DNA of 64,000 nucleotides, taken from assembly GCA_963745025.1 (NCBI GenBank), contig CAVUWD010000002.1, positions 160,001 through 224,000 of the forward strand. The letters are read 5' to 3'. Made by a program: the position numbers and the translations under genes. The stretch comes from an uncultured delta proteobacterium. Its GTDB lineage: Bacteria > Desulfobacterota > Binatia > JACPRU01. How positions within the stretch are numbered: the stretch's first letter is position 1; every line of letters starts with the position of its first letter. The notes below the pieces were generated by a model, which saw nothing but the letters and a program-made list of their open reading frames with translations, searched no databases and was not told the DNA's origin. Of the stretch, positions 50,698 to 62,081 are shown one piece after another.

Positions 50698-50961
50698 TCA
50701 CGCCGCCGGCGGCGGCTGGATGTTCACCCGGCGTCGGTCCTTTCCGAACCGCTCGTACTGGACGATGCCATCCACCAACGCGAACAGCGTGAAGTCACGA
50801 CCCATGCCCACGTTTCGCCCCGGATGGACGCGGGTGCCTACTTGGCGGACGAGTATGTTGCCGGCGCGGACCTGCTCGCCGCCGAAGATCTTTACGCCGC
50901 GACGCTGTCCCTGACTATCGCGGCCGTTGCGGCTGCTGCCCTGTCCTTTCTTGTGAGCCAT
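50698..50961 (-). CDS. rpmA: 50S ribosomal protein L27
   Basis: [16 protein letters not shown]. Confidence 0.98.
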   Translation of the reverse strand: MAHKKGQGSSRNGRDSQGQRRGVKIFGGEQVRAGNILVRQVGTRVHPGRNVGMGRDFTLFALVDGIVQYERFGKDRRRVNIQPPPAA

Positions 50962-50967
50962 GGATCC

Positions 50968-51282
50968 CTACCCCCGGATATCGAGAACGCGCAGCGTCGT
51001 AGTGCGCTGACGGTGACCGCGCTTACGCCGTTGGTTCTTGCGCCGCTTCATCTTGAAGACGAGGATCTTCTTGGCCTTGCCGTGCTCGACGACCGTTGCG
51101 GTGACTTTGGCTCCGTCGACGAGCGGCGTGCCGATGCGCACTGCCCCGCCCGCAGCGGTGAGCAGCACCTCGCCTAGCTCGACGGTTGAACCGGGTTCAC
51201 CGACGAGCGACTCGACGCGGATCAGATCTCCCGGGGACACACGATACTGCTTTCCTCCGGTGCGAACGACTGCGTAGTCCAT
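50968..51282 (-). CDS. rplU: 50S ribosomal protein L21
   Basis: YAVVRTGGKQYRV, KRGHRQ. Confidence 0.97.
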   Translation of the reverse strand: MDYAVVRTGGKQYRVSPGDLIRVESLVGEPGSTVELGEVLLTAAGGAVRIGTPLVDGAKVTATVVEHGKAKKILVFKMKRRKNQRRKRGHRQRTTTLRVLDIRG

Positions 51283-51328
51283 GGCGCTTGTCAGTACCTC
51301 TTCGCTTGAATCATTCGCGAATCGCCAT

Positions 51329-51357
51329 GATTTACAGGAGCATAGCTGGCGTGTCAA
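51329..51357 (-). promoter_or_regulatory. Sigma70 promoter of rplU-rpmA
   Basis: TTGACA-17 bp-TAAATC. Confidence 0.65.
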
Positions 51358-51511
51358 ACGGCCGGCGCCGGTCTGGCGCCGGTCCTTGACCGCCTCGGCG
51401 CTGGTGAGGAAGGAGTATACTCGGTGCTGGAGGCCCGACGTCGACAGTCGGCGTCGACGCGACGAGGGAGATTGGCCGCATGGTCGCGGCGATCTCGGAA
51501 CGGAGGAACGC

Positions 51512-51850
51512 GTGAGCGAGAAACGGCCGATCGTCGTGCTCGTGACGACAGGTTCGGCGGACAACGCCGCGGAGATCGCGCGGGCTCTCGTCGAGGAGCG
51601 GCTCGCGGCCTGCGCCAGCATCGTGCCCGGCGTTCGCTCGATCTACCGCTGGGCGGGGCGAATCGCCGACGACGCAGAGTGGCTGCTCGTCATCAAGACC
51701 GAGCGCACGCGCTTCGCGGCACTCGAAGCACGGGTGCGGACCTTGCACGCCTACACGGTTCCCGAGGTGATCGCGGTCGAGATCGTCGAGGGCTCGGAGC
51801 CCTATCTCGACTGGCTGCTCGGCGCTAGCTCGGTAGACGGCGGCGGCTGA
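51512..51850 (+). CDS. cutA: Divalent-cation tolerance protein CutA
   Basis: LVEERLAAC, SIYRW.G, HAYTVPEVI, YLDWL. Confidence 0.93.
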   Translation: MSEKRPIVVLVTTGSADNAAEIARALVEERLAACASIVPGVRSIYRWAGRIADDAEWLLVIKTERTRFAALEARVRTLHAYTVPEVIAVEIVEGSEPYLDWLLGASSVDGGG

Positions 51851-52026
51851 AGGAGGATCGCGACCAACGGGAGCGAACGAGGTAGCGCTTACGGCAGAGC
51901 TCTCGCGACCAACGGGAGCGACATATGAGGCGATCTGGGACGCCTGCTCCTAACGCTTGTCTTATTTCGCTCCCGTTGGTCGCGAGGTCGGCTCCGACCC
52001 CATAGCGTGACGAGCTAGCTCGGTAG
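51824..52026. repeat. REP-like cluster: three TCGCGACCAACGGGAGCGA units within 13-bp direct repeats
   Basis: Units at 51858-51876, 51903-51921 and inverted 51967-51985; GCTAGCTCGGTAG at 51824 and 52014. Confidence 0.8.
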
Positions 52027-52080
52027 GATGTTGCATCCCCTTTGATCGCGCCCGTCGGGCGCGATCCGTGACGCACCCTC

Positions 52081-53298
52081 CTAGCGCTTGAGCTTGACCG
52101 GCGTCGAGCCAACCTTTTGCAACCCCCCGGTCGCGGCTAGAGGGGGAGCGGGAGCGGCTGGCTTTCGGGTCTCCGGGCCGCGGTGACCCTGGATTCGAAA
52201 CGACGGCAACTCCTTCGGTTCCTGGCCGTTGGCGAGTTCCTCGTTGCGCAGGCGAAGGCGGAGATTGTTGGCGCTGTCGGCGTGGATGAGCGCCTGCTCG
52301 ATGTCGATCCGATCCTCACGCGCCAGGCGGAAGAGCGATTCGTCGAACGTTTGGCAGCCCTCGTTCGTGCCTTGCTCGAGCGCCTCCTTCAGCGTGTCGA
52401 TCTCGGCCTTCTTGATCAGGTCCTTGACGCGCGGGGTGTCGAGCAGAATCTCCAGCGCTACGACGCGCCGCCCGTTGGTTCCAGGGATCAGCCGTTGCGA
52501 GATGATTCCGCGAAGGTTCAGCGAGAGCTCCAGGTAGATCTGGTTATGGCGCGCGGGCGGGAAGAAGTTGATGATCCGCTCGATCGTCTGATTCGCGTTG
52601 TTCGAGTGGAGCGTGGCGAGGCAGAGATGGCCGGTTTCCGCGAAGGCGATCGCGGCCTCCATGGTGACCTCGTCTCGCACCTCGCCGATCAGGATCACGT
52701 CGGGCGCCTGGCGAAGCGTGTTGCGCAGCGCTTCGTGGAAGGAGAGCGTATCGAAGCCGACCTCGCGCTGGGTGACGATCGACTTCTTGTGCCGATGCAT
52801 GAACTCGATCGGATCCTCGATCGTGATGATGTGTCCCGGGGTGGTCGTGTTTCGGTGGTCGATCATCGCTGCCAGAGTCGTCGACTTTCCCGAGCCGGTC
52901 GCACCCGTGACCAGAACGAGGCCTCGCTTGGTGAGCGAGATGTCCTTCAGCACGTCCGCTAGGCCGAGGTCGTCGATGCTCGGCACGTTGAGCTTGATCT
53001 GGCGGATCACCAGTCCCACGGAATTCCGCTGCTGGAAGATGTTGCAGCGGAATCGGGCGCGGCCCGGGATCGATAGGGCGAGGTTCATCTCCTTGGTGCG
53101 GCCGAACTCCTCGCGCTGGCGAGGATCGGTCATCGCCGCCTCCGCCAGCGCGACCGTGTCTTCCGCGGACAGGGCGGGCTCGTCGACAGGCGTGGCCACG
53201 CCTTCGACCCGGAAGACCGGCGGGCTGTCGACCGTCAGATAGAGGTCCGAGGCGTCGATCTCGAGGATGCGCTCGAGAAGGCGATTGATGTCCAGCAT
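52081..53298 (-). CDS. pilU: Type IV pilus retraction ATPase PilU
   Basis: GATGSGKST, LRQAPDVILIGE, TLHSNNANQ, ADSANNLRL. Confidence 0.92.
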   Translation of the reverse strand: MLDINRLLERILEIDASDLYLTVDSPPVFRVEGVATPVDEPALSAEDTVALAEAAMTDPRQREEFGRTKEMNLALSIPGRARFRCNIFQQRNSVGLVIRQIKLNVPSIDDLGLADVLKDISLTKRGLVLVTGATGSGKSTTLAAMIDHRNTTTPGHIITIEDPIEFMHRHKKSIVTQREVGFDTLSFHEALRNTLRQAPDVILIGEVRDEVTMEAAIAFAETGHLCLATLHSNNANQTIERIINFFPPARHNQIYLELSLNLRGIISQRLIPGTNGRRVVALEILLDTPRVKDLIKKAEIDTLKEALEQGTNEGCQTFDESLFRLAREDRIDIEQALIHADSANNLRLRLRNEELANGQEPKELPSFRIQGHRGPETRKPAAPAPPLAATGGLQKVGSTPVKLKR

Positions 53299-53307
53299 CG
53301 CGCGGCC

Positions 53308-54393
53308 TCAGGCAGCCGCGAGCTTGGCGCCGGCCAAGGCCGTGCCGGTGGGCGCTGCGCCGAACAGCGCCGAATTCGAGCTCTTCATCGCGGCTTCTTC
53401 CTTGGTGATCATACCCCGGACGACGAGATCCTGAAGCGCCATGTCGAGCGTCTGCATGCCGAGCCTCTGGCCGGTCTGCATGGACGAGGGGATCTGATGA
53501 ATCTTGGCCTCGCGAATGAGATTGCGGACCGCCGGCACGCCGACGAGGATCTCGCATGCTGCCATCCGCCCGCCCCCCTTTTTCTTGCAGAGTGTCTGGG
53601 TGACGATCGCCTCGAGTGACTCCGAGAACATGGCGCGGACTTGGTTCTGTTGGCCGGCCGGGAAGGCGTCGATGATGCGGTCGACGGTCTTCGGTGCGCT
53701 CGAGGTGTGCAGAGTCCCGAACACCAGATGGCCGGTCTCGGCCGCAGTGAGCGCGAGCGAGATGGTTTCCAGGTCACGCATTTCGCCGACCAGGATCACG
53801 TCCGGATCCTCACGCAGCGCGCTCCGCAGCGCCGCGGCGAACGACTGCGTGTGCGGTCCCACTTCGCGTTGGTTGATCAGCGACTTCTTGGGCGTGTGCA
53901 CGAACTCGATCGGGTCCTCGACGGTGAGGATGTGGCACTCCCAGTTCTCGTTGATGTAGTCGACCATGGCGGCGAGTGTGGTCGATTTGCCCGAGCCGGT
54001 CGGGCCGGTGCAGAGCACCAGGCCGCGCTCCTTCTTGCAGACCTCCTTGAGGATCGGCGGCATCCCGAGCTCGTCCAGCGTCACGATCTTGGTCGGGATC
54101 GTGCGGAACACCGCGCCTTCGCCCTTCCGCTGCATGAAGACGTTGACACGGAAGCGCGCGATGTCTCCGAGCTCGAAGGAGAAGTCGATGTCGAGCTTCT
54201 CTTGGAAGATCCGGCGGTGCATGTCGCTCATCACGTCGAACGCCATGTTGTGCACCTCGTCCCGGATGAGCGGGGCGTAGTCGAGTCGCTTGACGTCGCC
54301 GTGGATGCGTAGCATCGGCGGCTCGCCGCTCGAGAGATGTACGTCGGATGCGCCTTCTTTGACTGCAAACGTCAGTAGCTCTGTGATGTCCAT
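53308..54393 (-). CDS. pilT: Type IV pilus retraction ATPase PilT
   Basis: MDITELL, GPTGSGKST, ALREDPD, AVRNLIRE. Confidence 0.95.
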   Translation of the reverse strand: MDITELLTFAVKEGASDVHLSSGEPPMLRIHGDVKRLDYAPLIRDEVHNMAFDVMSDMHRRIFQEKLDIDFSFELGDIARFRVNVFMQRKGEGAVFRTIPTKIVTLDELGMPPILKEVCKKERGLVLCTGPTGSGKSTTLAAMVDYINENWECHILTVEDPIEFVHTPKKSLINQREVGPHTQSFAAALRSALREDPDVILVGEMRDLETISLALTAAETGHLVFGTLHTSSAPKTVDRIIDAFPAGQQNQVRAMFSESLEAIVTQTLCKKKGGGRMAACEILVGVPAVRNLIREAKIHQIPSSMQTGQRLGMQTLDMALQDLVVRGMITKEEAAMKSSNSALFGAAPTGTALAGAKLAAA

Positions 54394-54553
54394 TCGTTCC
54401 CCCTGCCTGCAGCCTCAGCGAAAGCCGTGCCAACGAAGAAAGGGAAGAAAACATCGAAGAATCGCGAGCGAGCGTAGGGAAAATCAGAAAGCTCGCCGCC
54501 TCTCTCGCCAAGTTTGTGACGAGGAGAGCAAAATTTTGCGCTGGTAAAAGCGG

Positions 54554-55639
54554 CTAGGAGCGAGTGCCGACCGCGCCGGCGAGGCTCGTGCCGACGGCCG
54601 GCGCGCCGAAGAGCTGCGGGTTGGCAGCTTTCGACTGCGCCTCTTCCTTGGTGATCATCCCTTTTGCCACCAAGTCGTGGAGCGCCATGTCGAGGGTCTG
54701 CATTCCTTGCCGCTGACCGGTCTGCATCACCGACGGTAGCTGGTGGATCTTTCCCTCACGGATCAGATTGCGGACCGCCGGGACGCCGACGAGAATTTCG
54801 AGCGCCGCGACCCGGCCCCCTGTCTTACGCTTGCAAAGCGTCTGTGTGATCACCGCCAGCAGTGATTCCGAGAGCATCGTCCGCACCTGGTTCTGCTGCT
54901 CGGAGGGGAAGGCATCGATGACACGGTCGACGGTCTTCGGCGCGCTCGACGTGTGCAGCGTGGCGAATACCAGCTGTCCGGTCTCGGCGGCGGTCAGGGC
55001 CAAGGCGATGGTCTCGAGGTCGCGCATCTCACCGACCAGGATCACGTCCGGGTCCTCGCGCAGCGCCCCGCGGAGGGCATTGGCGAATGAATGTGTATGC
55101 ATGCCGACCTCGCGCTGGTTGACCAGCGCCCTCTTCGACGGGTGCACGAACTCGATCGGATCCTCGATCGTGATGATCGTCACCTCTTCGGTCGCGTTGA
55201 TGTGGTCGACCATCGCCGCGAGCGTGGTCGACTTGCCGCAACCGGTCGGGCCGGTGACGAGGACGAGCCCGCGCTCGCGCTTGCAGAGCTCCTTCAGCAC
55301 AGGCGGCATGCCGAGCTCGTCGAGGGTCACGAGCTGGCTGGGGATGACCCGGAAGACCGCCGCCTCGCCGCGCCGCGTGAGAAAGACGTTGACCCGGAAG
55401 CGCGCCACCTCGCCGAGCTCGAAAGAGAAGTCGATGTCGAGTTTTTCCTGGAATATCCTGCGCTGGGCGTCGTTCATCACGTCGAAGGCCATGGTGTGGA
55501 CTTCGTCACGGGAGAGCGGCGGGTGCTCGATGCGCTTGACGTCGCCGTGGATGCGCAGCATCGGCGGCTCGCCGCTCGAGAGGTGGCAGTCGGAGGCGCC
55601 CTCTTTGACTGCGAAGGTGAGCAGTTCGGTGATGTCCAT
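54554..55639 (-). CDS. pilT: Second PilT paralogue
   Basis: MDITELL, GPTGCGKST, ALREDPD, AVRNLIRE. Confidence 0.93.
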   Translation of the reverse strand: MDITELLTFAVKEGASDCHLSSGEPPMLRIHGDVKRIEHPPLSRDEVHTMAFDVMNDAQRRIFQEKLDIDFSFELGEVARFRVNVFLTRRGEAAVFRVIPSQLVTLDELGMPPVLKELCKRERGLVLVTGPTGCGKSTTLAAMVDHINATEEVTIITIEDPIEFVHPSKRALVNQREVGMHTHSFANALRGALREDPDVILVGEMRDLETIALALTAAETGQLVFATLHTSSAPKTVDRVIDAFPSEQQNQVRTMLSESLLAVITQTLCKRKTGGRVAALEILVGVPAVRNLIREGKIHQLPSVMQTGQRQGMQTLDMALHDLVAKGMITKEEAQSKAANPQLFGAPAVGTSLAGAVGTRS

Positions 55640-55685
55640 GGGCCGTCGTCCCGGCACTCAGCGTGCCTCGACCACCCTGCCGCTT

Positions 55686-56342
55686 TCAACGAAAACTTGC
55701 CACCAAAACCCTGTACCAGAGGTTGGCGACGGCGTGGTAGACGGCGGGAGCCAGCACCGAGTCACTGCGCTCACGGAGCCACCCCGCGAGCAAGGCGAAA
55801 AAAAATACTCGCAGTTGCGACCAGTCGCCGGTGACGAGGTGACAAACGGCGAAGAGCATCGCCTGTAGGAGAAGGCCCGCGCCGACGGGCGCTCCGAAGA
55901 CCCTCCAGGGTCTGCCCAAGACCCGGTTCCAACGTGTCTGAAGATAGCCACGGAAGAATACCTCCTCGGGGAAGCCGACGGTCAGGAACTCGCGAACGAG
56001 ATCAACGAGCGGATGGCGCGGCGCTCGGGGCGCGAAGCTCTGATGAAGGAAGGCGTGTGCAACCGAGGCATGGAGAGCAGCGTAGAGCGCGAGCAGTGAA
56101 GTTCCGAGTGTGAGGTGGACGGCGAACGACGGCGGTCGAAAGCGCAGGTCGAGGCCGTGCTCCGAGAGCGGACGACCGAAGGGAACGAGGAGCCCGAGCG
56201 GGAGAAGTAGCCAGACGAGCGACGATGCGAAATGAAGAGAGAGCAGCAGGGCCGCGGAAGTGGCCAGCAGGGTTTCGACGGCAGTCCAGCGGAAGCTCGC
56301 CGGGCGCGTCTCGATTACCCGCCCGGTCGAGTCGTACGCCAT
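55686..56342 (-). CDS. CPBP family intramembrane protease (myxosortase MrtC-like)
   Basis: PEEVFFRGYLQTR, LFAVCH, GWLRERSDS, YHAVAN. Confidence 0.8.
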   Translation of the reverse strand: MAYDSTGRVIETRPASFRWTAVETLLATSAALLLSLHFASSLVWLLLPLGLLVPFGRPLSEHGLDLRFRPPSFAVHLTLGTSLLALYAALHASVAHAFLHQSFAPRAPRHPLVDLVREFLTVGFPEEVFFRGYLQTRWNRVLGRPWRVFGAPVGAGLLLQAMLFAVCHLVTGDWSQLRVFFFALLAGWLRERSDSVLAPAVYHAVANLWYRVLVASFR

Positions 56343-56377
56343 CGTGACGCTGGAACGGCTGTGCTAAGCGTGTTCAT

Positions 56378-57178
56378 GTGCTGATCGAAGAAAGTCTTCG
56401 CGTGGTGACGGCTCCGAATCCCGGCTTCATGACGGTGGATGGGACCAATCAATACTTGTTCGGTGAAACGCGTCTGACGCTGATCGATGCGGCACTCGGG
56501 GTAGGCCCGAATCTGGATCGGCTGCGCGCCGAGCTCGACGCGGCCGGCGCCTCGATCGTCCAGATTCTGCTCACGCACATCCATCCGGATCATCTGGGCG
56601 GTGCGATGGAGCTTCGTGCCGAGTTCGGCGCACGGCTCGGCATGCACTCGAGCCGGCAGGGCTACGCGGGGGTCGAGCCCGACTGGACATATGACGACGG
56701 AGACGAGATCGGATTTGAAGGGGGGGTGCTTCGGGTCGTCCACACGCCCGGCCACGAGTCCGGCCATTGTTGCTTCTACGAGCCGTCCCACCGATGGCTC
56801 TTCACCGGCGACCACGTCGTCGGGCAGGGGACGGTCGTGATCGCGCCGCCCGACGGCGACATGAGCGCCTACGTCGCATCGCTCGAGCGCCTGCTCGCGC
56901 TGCCCGCGACGCTGCTCTTGGGAGGGCACGGGCCGGTCGTCCACGATCCGCGCGCGAAGATCCAGGAATACATCGCCCACCGCCGCATGCGCGAAGAACA
57001 AGTGCTCGAATGCGTGCGCGCCGGCAGGCACACCATTGCGGAGATCGTCGCCGTCCTCTATCGCGACGTTCATCCCGCGCTGCACCTCGTCGCCGAAAAG
57101 TCGGTGCACGCCCATTTGTTGAAGCTCCTGCAGGAGGGCAGAGCGCGGAGGTCGGCGCAGGAGTATTTCGCGCCATAG
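56378..57178 (+). CDS. MBL-fold hydrolase (LACTB2-like, C-terminal winged helix)
   Basis: APNPG.MT.DGTN, THIHPDHLGG, HTPGH, TGDH, GHG, AHLLKL. Confidence 0.9.
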   Translation: MLIEESLRVVTAPNPGFMTVDGTNQYLFGETRLTLIDAALGVGPNLDRLRAELDAAGASIVQILLTHIHPDHLGGAMELRAEFGARLGMHSSRQGYAGVEPDWTYDDGDEIGFEGGVLRVVHTPGHESGHCCFYEPSHRWLFTGDHVVGQGTVVIAPPDGDMSAYVASLERLLALPATLLLGGHGPVVHDPRAKIQEYIAHRRMREEQVLECVRAGRHTIAEIVAVLYRDVHPALHLVAEKSVHAHLLKLLQEGRARRSAQEYFAP

Positions 57179-57182
57179 GCGG

Positions 57183-58604
57183 CTAGCAGCGGATCGGCTC
57201 GAGACACCCGCGGGCGATTCCGGCCGCCGCGAGGCGAAGCGCGCCGCCGTGCGAATCGATTCGCGCGAGATCGAGATCCAGGTGGATCTCTTCGGGAGCG
57301 AACGTGGTCTTCGCCCACACCTCCTCGACGCGCTTGCTCACGTCTTTGGCGGGGACGCCAAGCGCGAGAAGGATCTTGTCGCCGCGTCTCTCGAGCCAGT
57401 ACGGAGCCGTGCCCTCGGCCGTCAGACGATCCCGATCCGCCTTGCGCGGCGAGTCGGGAAACGTTCGCGCCAAGATCTCGCTCTCCGCTAAAAAGAATTC
57501 CTTTGCGGCCGCTTCGCCATCCCAGATGGAGATCCAATAGAGGTGCAGCTCTCCGTCGTGCCCGAAGGCGGCGAAGCGATCGCCGTCCCATCCTTGCGCC
57601 ACGTGATTGGCGCGGCCCGAATCGAAAAAACTCTCGACGAGGATGCGGATGGTGAGCGCGCCGAGCGTGTTCTCCTCCACGGTCGTCCATTTCTTGGCCG
57701 AAGCATAGTCGTCGAGGCCGCCGAGCCGCACCGTCGTCGGACTGTCGGGATGGACGAAGAACTTCTCCGGCCAGAGAATCTGCTTCGTCGACTTCGGCGG
57801 GTAGGCGAGCAACGCGTCGACTGCCTTCCAGCCCCCGCGAAGATACGCGAGAGCGACGAACTTCGTGCCCGCCGAGTACTGAAACACAAGCGAGTCACGC
57901 AGCACGAGCGGCGTGTCGGGAAGCGCCGCCGCGACTTCCGCGGGGATTGCCTCGAGCCGGTCCACCAGATCGAGCAACGAAGCCTCGGGGAGCTCGCCGA
58001 ACACGTAGGCGAAGCCGGCCAGCGTGGCGTCGCCCTCGATCACCGCGTGCAGCGCGAGCGAACGGTCGTCGTTGGATGGATCGTCGGCTGCGGAAAGCGC
58101 GCCGAAGTGCTGGTCCTGCAGGGCGTGCGTGAGCTCGTGGGCGAGCAGCATCTCGTTGACGAGATCCCGCTGCAACAGGAACTGCAGCGTATTCATCATC
58201 CACCCCACGGGAGGCACTCCCGAGGGGACCAAGAAGAGCGTGCCCACCTCGGGGTCGTAGAAGCCGGCGATCTGCGTGTTGTAGAGCTTGAGCAGCGCTT
58301 CGCCGAGATCGAGGGTCGCAGGCCAGAGGCCGAGCCGCTCGTATACCTGCTGAAGACCGCGGATCTGCTCGGCGGAGTACTGCCGGTCGAGCGCTCTGCG
58401 GAGGTAGGTCTGCAGCTCTTCGGGAGTCTTCACCTCCATCGGCACGGGCGACAGGAACTTGAGGCCGCGTTGCTGCTCGAGCCCGCGTTCGATCTTCGCG
58501 GCCGCTGGTTGGTTGATCTCTCCCTTGCGAACGATCGAATAACTGCACGCCGGCAACAGAAGCAGCGGCAGCAGCAGCCACCGCCGCCGCAGGGAATCGA
58601 TCAT
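57183..58604 (-). CDS. Lipoprotein with zincin-like HExxH motif
   Basis: Lipobox [32 protein letters not shown]. Confidence 0.82.
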   Translation of the reverse strand: MIDSLRRRWLLLPLLLLPACSYSIVRKGEINQPAAAKIERGLEQQRGLKFLSPVPMEVKTPEELQTYLRRALDRQYSAEQIRGLQQVYERLGLWPATLDLGEALLKLYNTQIAGFYDPEVGTLFLVPSGVPPVGWMMNTLQFLLQRDLVNEMLLAHELTHALQDQHFGALSAADDPSNDDRSLALHAVIEGDATLAGFAYVFGELPEASLLDLVDRLEAIPAEVAAALPDTPLVLRDSLVFQYSAGTKFVALAYLRGGWKAVDALLAYPPKSTKQILWPEKFFVHPDSPTTVRLGGLDDYASAKKWTTVEENTLGALTIRILVESFFDSGRANHVAQGWDGDRFAAFGHDGELHLYWISIWDGEAAAKEFFLAESEILARTFPDSPRKADRDRLTAEGTAPYWLERRGDKILLALGVPAKDVSKRVEEVWAKTTFAPEEIHLDLDLARIDSHGGALRLAAAGIARGCLEPIRC

Positions 58605-59281
58605 CGGCGAACTTCTTCGACGACCATGGCGCGGAAGCCGCGGCCAGCGAGTGCCCGGGCGCGCACGACGGCATCGTCGCGGCGCTCGAAGGGTCCGACC
58701 CGCACTCTGTAGTAGCGCGCATCGGAGGTCTCGAGCTGGCTCAGGTATACGTCGGCGAATCGGCGGGCGAGATCGGCGCGCAGTGCCGTTGCCTTGGCAC
58801 TGTTCTGGAACGCGCCGGCTTGAACGGCGTAGGCGACGACGCCCGGAGGGCCACTGCCGTCATCGATCGATTCCACGCGCACCTCGGCGGTGCCGGGACC
58901 GATGAGATCGAGCTCGCGCGCCGCGGCGCGCGACAAGTCGATGACGCGGCTCTTGGCAAACGGGCCGCGATCGTTCACGCGAACCTCCACGGAACGGCCG
59001 TTCTCCAGATTCGTGACCATGACGTGGGTGCCGAGCGGTAGGGTGGGGTGCGCCGCCGTCATGTCGCCGAGGTTGTACACCTCGCCGCTCGAAGTGCGGT
59101 TTCCCGTGAATCCCGGCCCATACCAAGAAGCCGTGCCGGTCTCCACGTAGTGTCCACCCGGCCGCGATGGAGGGTGCCAGCCGGACAGTGGTGGTAGCGA
59201 GCAGCCCGCCACCAACGATAGAGCGCCCGAGAAGAGGATCGCCGAACTCCGCCCCGCGCGATCAAACTCTCTCGGCTGCAT
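58601..59281 (-). CDS. rlpA: Septal ring lytic transglycosylase RlpA
   Basis: [26 protein letters not shown]-terminal SPOR domain. Confidence 0.92.
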   Translation of the reverse strand: MQPREFDRAGRSSAILFSGALSLVAGCSLPPLSGWHPPSRPGGHYVETGTASWYGPGFTGNRTSSGEVYNLGDMTAAHPTLPLGTHVMVTNLENGRSVEVRVNDRGPFAKSRVIDLSRAAARELDLIGPGTAEVRVESIDDGSGPPGVVAYAVQAGAFQNSAKATALRADLARRFADVYLSQLETSDARYYRVRVGPFERRDDAVVRARALAGRGFRAMVVEEVRR

Positions 59282-59442
59282 GGTCACGGCGGGGTTACCA
59301 GAGAAGGGCCCGGAGGTCCAGGAGCCGCGGCGCCGAGCGGGTTCGCGACCGCTTCTTGACAGGATGCGTCACGAGCCGCTATCTGACCGCGCTGCCCGCT
59401 TCGTATTCGCGCTGCCGTGAACAGCCAAGGAGTCCGCTCTTC

Positions 59443-60778
59443 ATGACCTCCACGACGAGACAGGTCCGTACAGTCGCCGTGCTCGGCGCCAATGGTGCGA
59501 TGGGATCGGGAGGCGGCGAACTTTTCGCCGCCGACGGCATCGAAACCGTCTTTCTCGCCCGCGATCACGAGAAGGCGCGAGAGGGGCTCGAGCGCGCGCA
59601 GACGATGGCGAAGTCGGAAAAGCTCGCTGACTTCGTCCGTCTTGGAACGTACGAGCACGATCTTCCCAAGGCGGTCGCCGAGGCCGATTTGATCTTCGAA
59701 GCGCTCGCCGAGGACCTGGAGTTGAAGCAAGACGTTCTTCGCGTGGTCGATCGTCATCGGCGGCCCGACTCGATCGTCGCCACGGTCTCGTCGGGACTGT
59801 CGATCGCGGCGATGTGCGAAGGGACGGAGCGAGGGCTTTCAGCGGAACTTTCTCGGCATCCACTTCTTCAACCCGCCGAACGTGATCGTCGGCAGCGAGC
59901 TGATCCCGCACGCCGGGACCGACCCGGCGGTCGTCGACTTCGTCATCGGACTACTCGAGAGACGGCTCGGCCGCGAGGTCGTCGTGACCGCCGACCTCCC
60001 GGCCTTCGCCGGCAACCGCGTCGGCTTCAAGGTGCTGAACGAGGTCGCGCAGCTCGCCGCAGGAGCACGGCGTTGCGTTCATGGACTACCTCGATCGGCC
60101 CGTACACCGGCCGCGCCATGCCGCCGCTCGCCACCGTCGACCTCGTCGGCTGGGACGTCCACCGCGCGATCGTCGACAACCTCTACGCGAACACGCAGCG
60201 ACGAGGCCCACGCCGCTTTCGAGCTGCCCGCGTACATGGCGAAGCTCATCGGCGCGGGCCACCTCGGCAACAAGACGCCGAAGCAAGGCGGCTTCTACCG
60301 CCGCGTCAGCGACGGCAAGACGACCGAGACCTCGTGCTCGATCCGAAGAGCGGCGACTACCGAGCGCCGCACGACCCGATCGTCGATGCCGCCCGCCTTC
60401 GTCGACGGAGATGAAGCGTCTGCAACCACGTCGGCCGCTACCGCGAGGCGATCGAGCGTGATGCTCGACGCCGACGGCGCCGAGGCCGATCTCGCGCGCA
60501 AGGTCATTCTCGGTTACGTCAGCTACGGCCTCGAATCGCGTCGGCGAGGTCGTGAAGCGAAGCACGCGACGTCGATCGCATCATGGGCTTCGGCTTCAAC
60601 TGGGCGCCGCCACGCGTGCTCGTCGACGCTGGTCGGCGCGCGACAGCGACGATTCGGCCTGCTCGAGCGAGGCGAAGCTCGCCGGTGCCGCGAGCGTGCT
60701 CGCGCGCCGATCGACTCGGCGCCCGCCTCTTCAGACGAGCCGCGCACGTCGACATCGGGCGCTTCTTCGTCGGGCTGA
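59443..60778 (+). CDS. 3-hydroxyacyl-CoA dehydrogenase family (many apparent frameshifts)
   Basis: VAVLGANGAMG, FEALAEDL..K, GIHFFNPP, PAFAGNR, PLATVDLVGWDV across frames. Confidence 0.8.
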
Positions 60779-60796
60779 CGACAGGAGAGGATGACG

Positions 60797-62043
60797 ATGG
60801 CGAATTCGCAGGTCTACGTCCTCGGCGGCTACCAGACCGACTTCGCCCGCAACTGGACGAAGGAGAACAAGCACATCTCGCGCGCTGATGCGCGAGGCGC
60901 GTGCTCGGCGGCCTCGAGGCGACCGGCATCGCGCCGAAGGAGATCGAGGTCGGCCACGTCGGCAACTTCGCCGCCGAGCTCTACTGCATGCAGGGCCACC
61001 TCGGCGCGTTCCTCGTCGAGGTCGACCCGGCGCTTCTCGGCCTGCCGACCGCGCGCCACGAGGCGGCGTGCGCGTCGGGCTCGATCGCGCTGCTCGCCGC
61101 GTCGGCCGAGATCGAGGCCGGTCGCTACGACCTGCGCGCTCGTCGTCGGCATCGAGCAGATGAAGACCGTCGACCCCAAGCGCGGCGGCGACTATCCTCG
61201 GCACCGCCGCCTGGTACGAGCACGAGGCGAAGGGCGTCGAGTTCCCGTTCCCGAAGCTGTTCGGCAAGCTCGGCGACGAGTACGACAAGCGCTACGGCCT
61301 GAAGGACGAGCACCTCGCCGACATCTCCGCGATCAACTACGCGCAACGCGAAGCGGAACCCGAACGCGCAGACGCGCACCTGGTACATGAACGAGGACCA
61401 CGCGCTGCGCGACCGACAAGTTCAACACCGCGATCGGCGGGCGCATCAAGATCTCGCGACTGCTCGCAGGTCACCGACGGCGCCGTCGCGCTCTTCCTCG
61501 CCTCGGCGACGTTCGCGGCGCAGTACGCCAAGCGGCGCGGCATCAAGCTCTCGACGATTCCGCGCATCCACGGCTGGGGCCACCACACCGCGCCGCTCGA
61601 GTTCGCGGACAAGGTCGCCGAGAGCCGCAACGATCGCATACGTGCTGCCGCACACGCGCCAGGCGATCCTCGACGCGCTGCGGCGCGCGGGCATCGACGG
61701 ACGTGCTGGGACGTGCGACGGCGATCGAGACGCACGACTGCTTCACGACCTCCGAGTACATGGCGATCGATCACTTCGGCCTCACCGCGCCCGGCGAGTC
61801 CTGGAAGGCGGTCGAGGAGGGCGTGATCGAGATCGGCGGCAAGCTGCCGATCAATCCGAGCGGCGGCCTGATCGGCGCCGGCCACCCGGTCGGCGCCACC
61901 GGCGCGCGCCAGCTGCTCGACGCCTGCGAAGCAGGTCACCGGCACGCGCCGGCGACTACCAGGTCGAGGACGCCGAGCGGTTCGCGACGCTGAACATCGG
62001 CGGCAGCGGCACGACCAGCTGCGTCTTCATCGTCGGGAACTGA
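60797..62043 (+). CDS. Thiolase (SCP2-type) family acetyl-CoA acetyltransferase (many apparent frameshifts)
   Basis: [42 protein letters not shown]. Confidence 0.82.
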
Positions 62044-62081
62044 CGGAGATCCTCCTTCGGGACGCAGGCAGGGGAAGCGGA

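Noticed and set aside
51858-51985. Mini CRISPR array
   Set aside because: Only two direct 19-bp repeats, the third is inverted, and there are no cas genes; fits REP-like architecture.
59700-62000. Decayed fadB/thiolase genes
   Set aside because: Same indel-rich signature with all motifs present; probably an assembly artefact.
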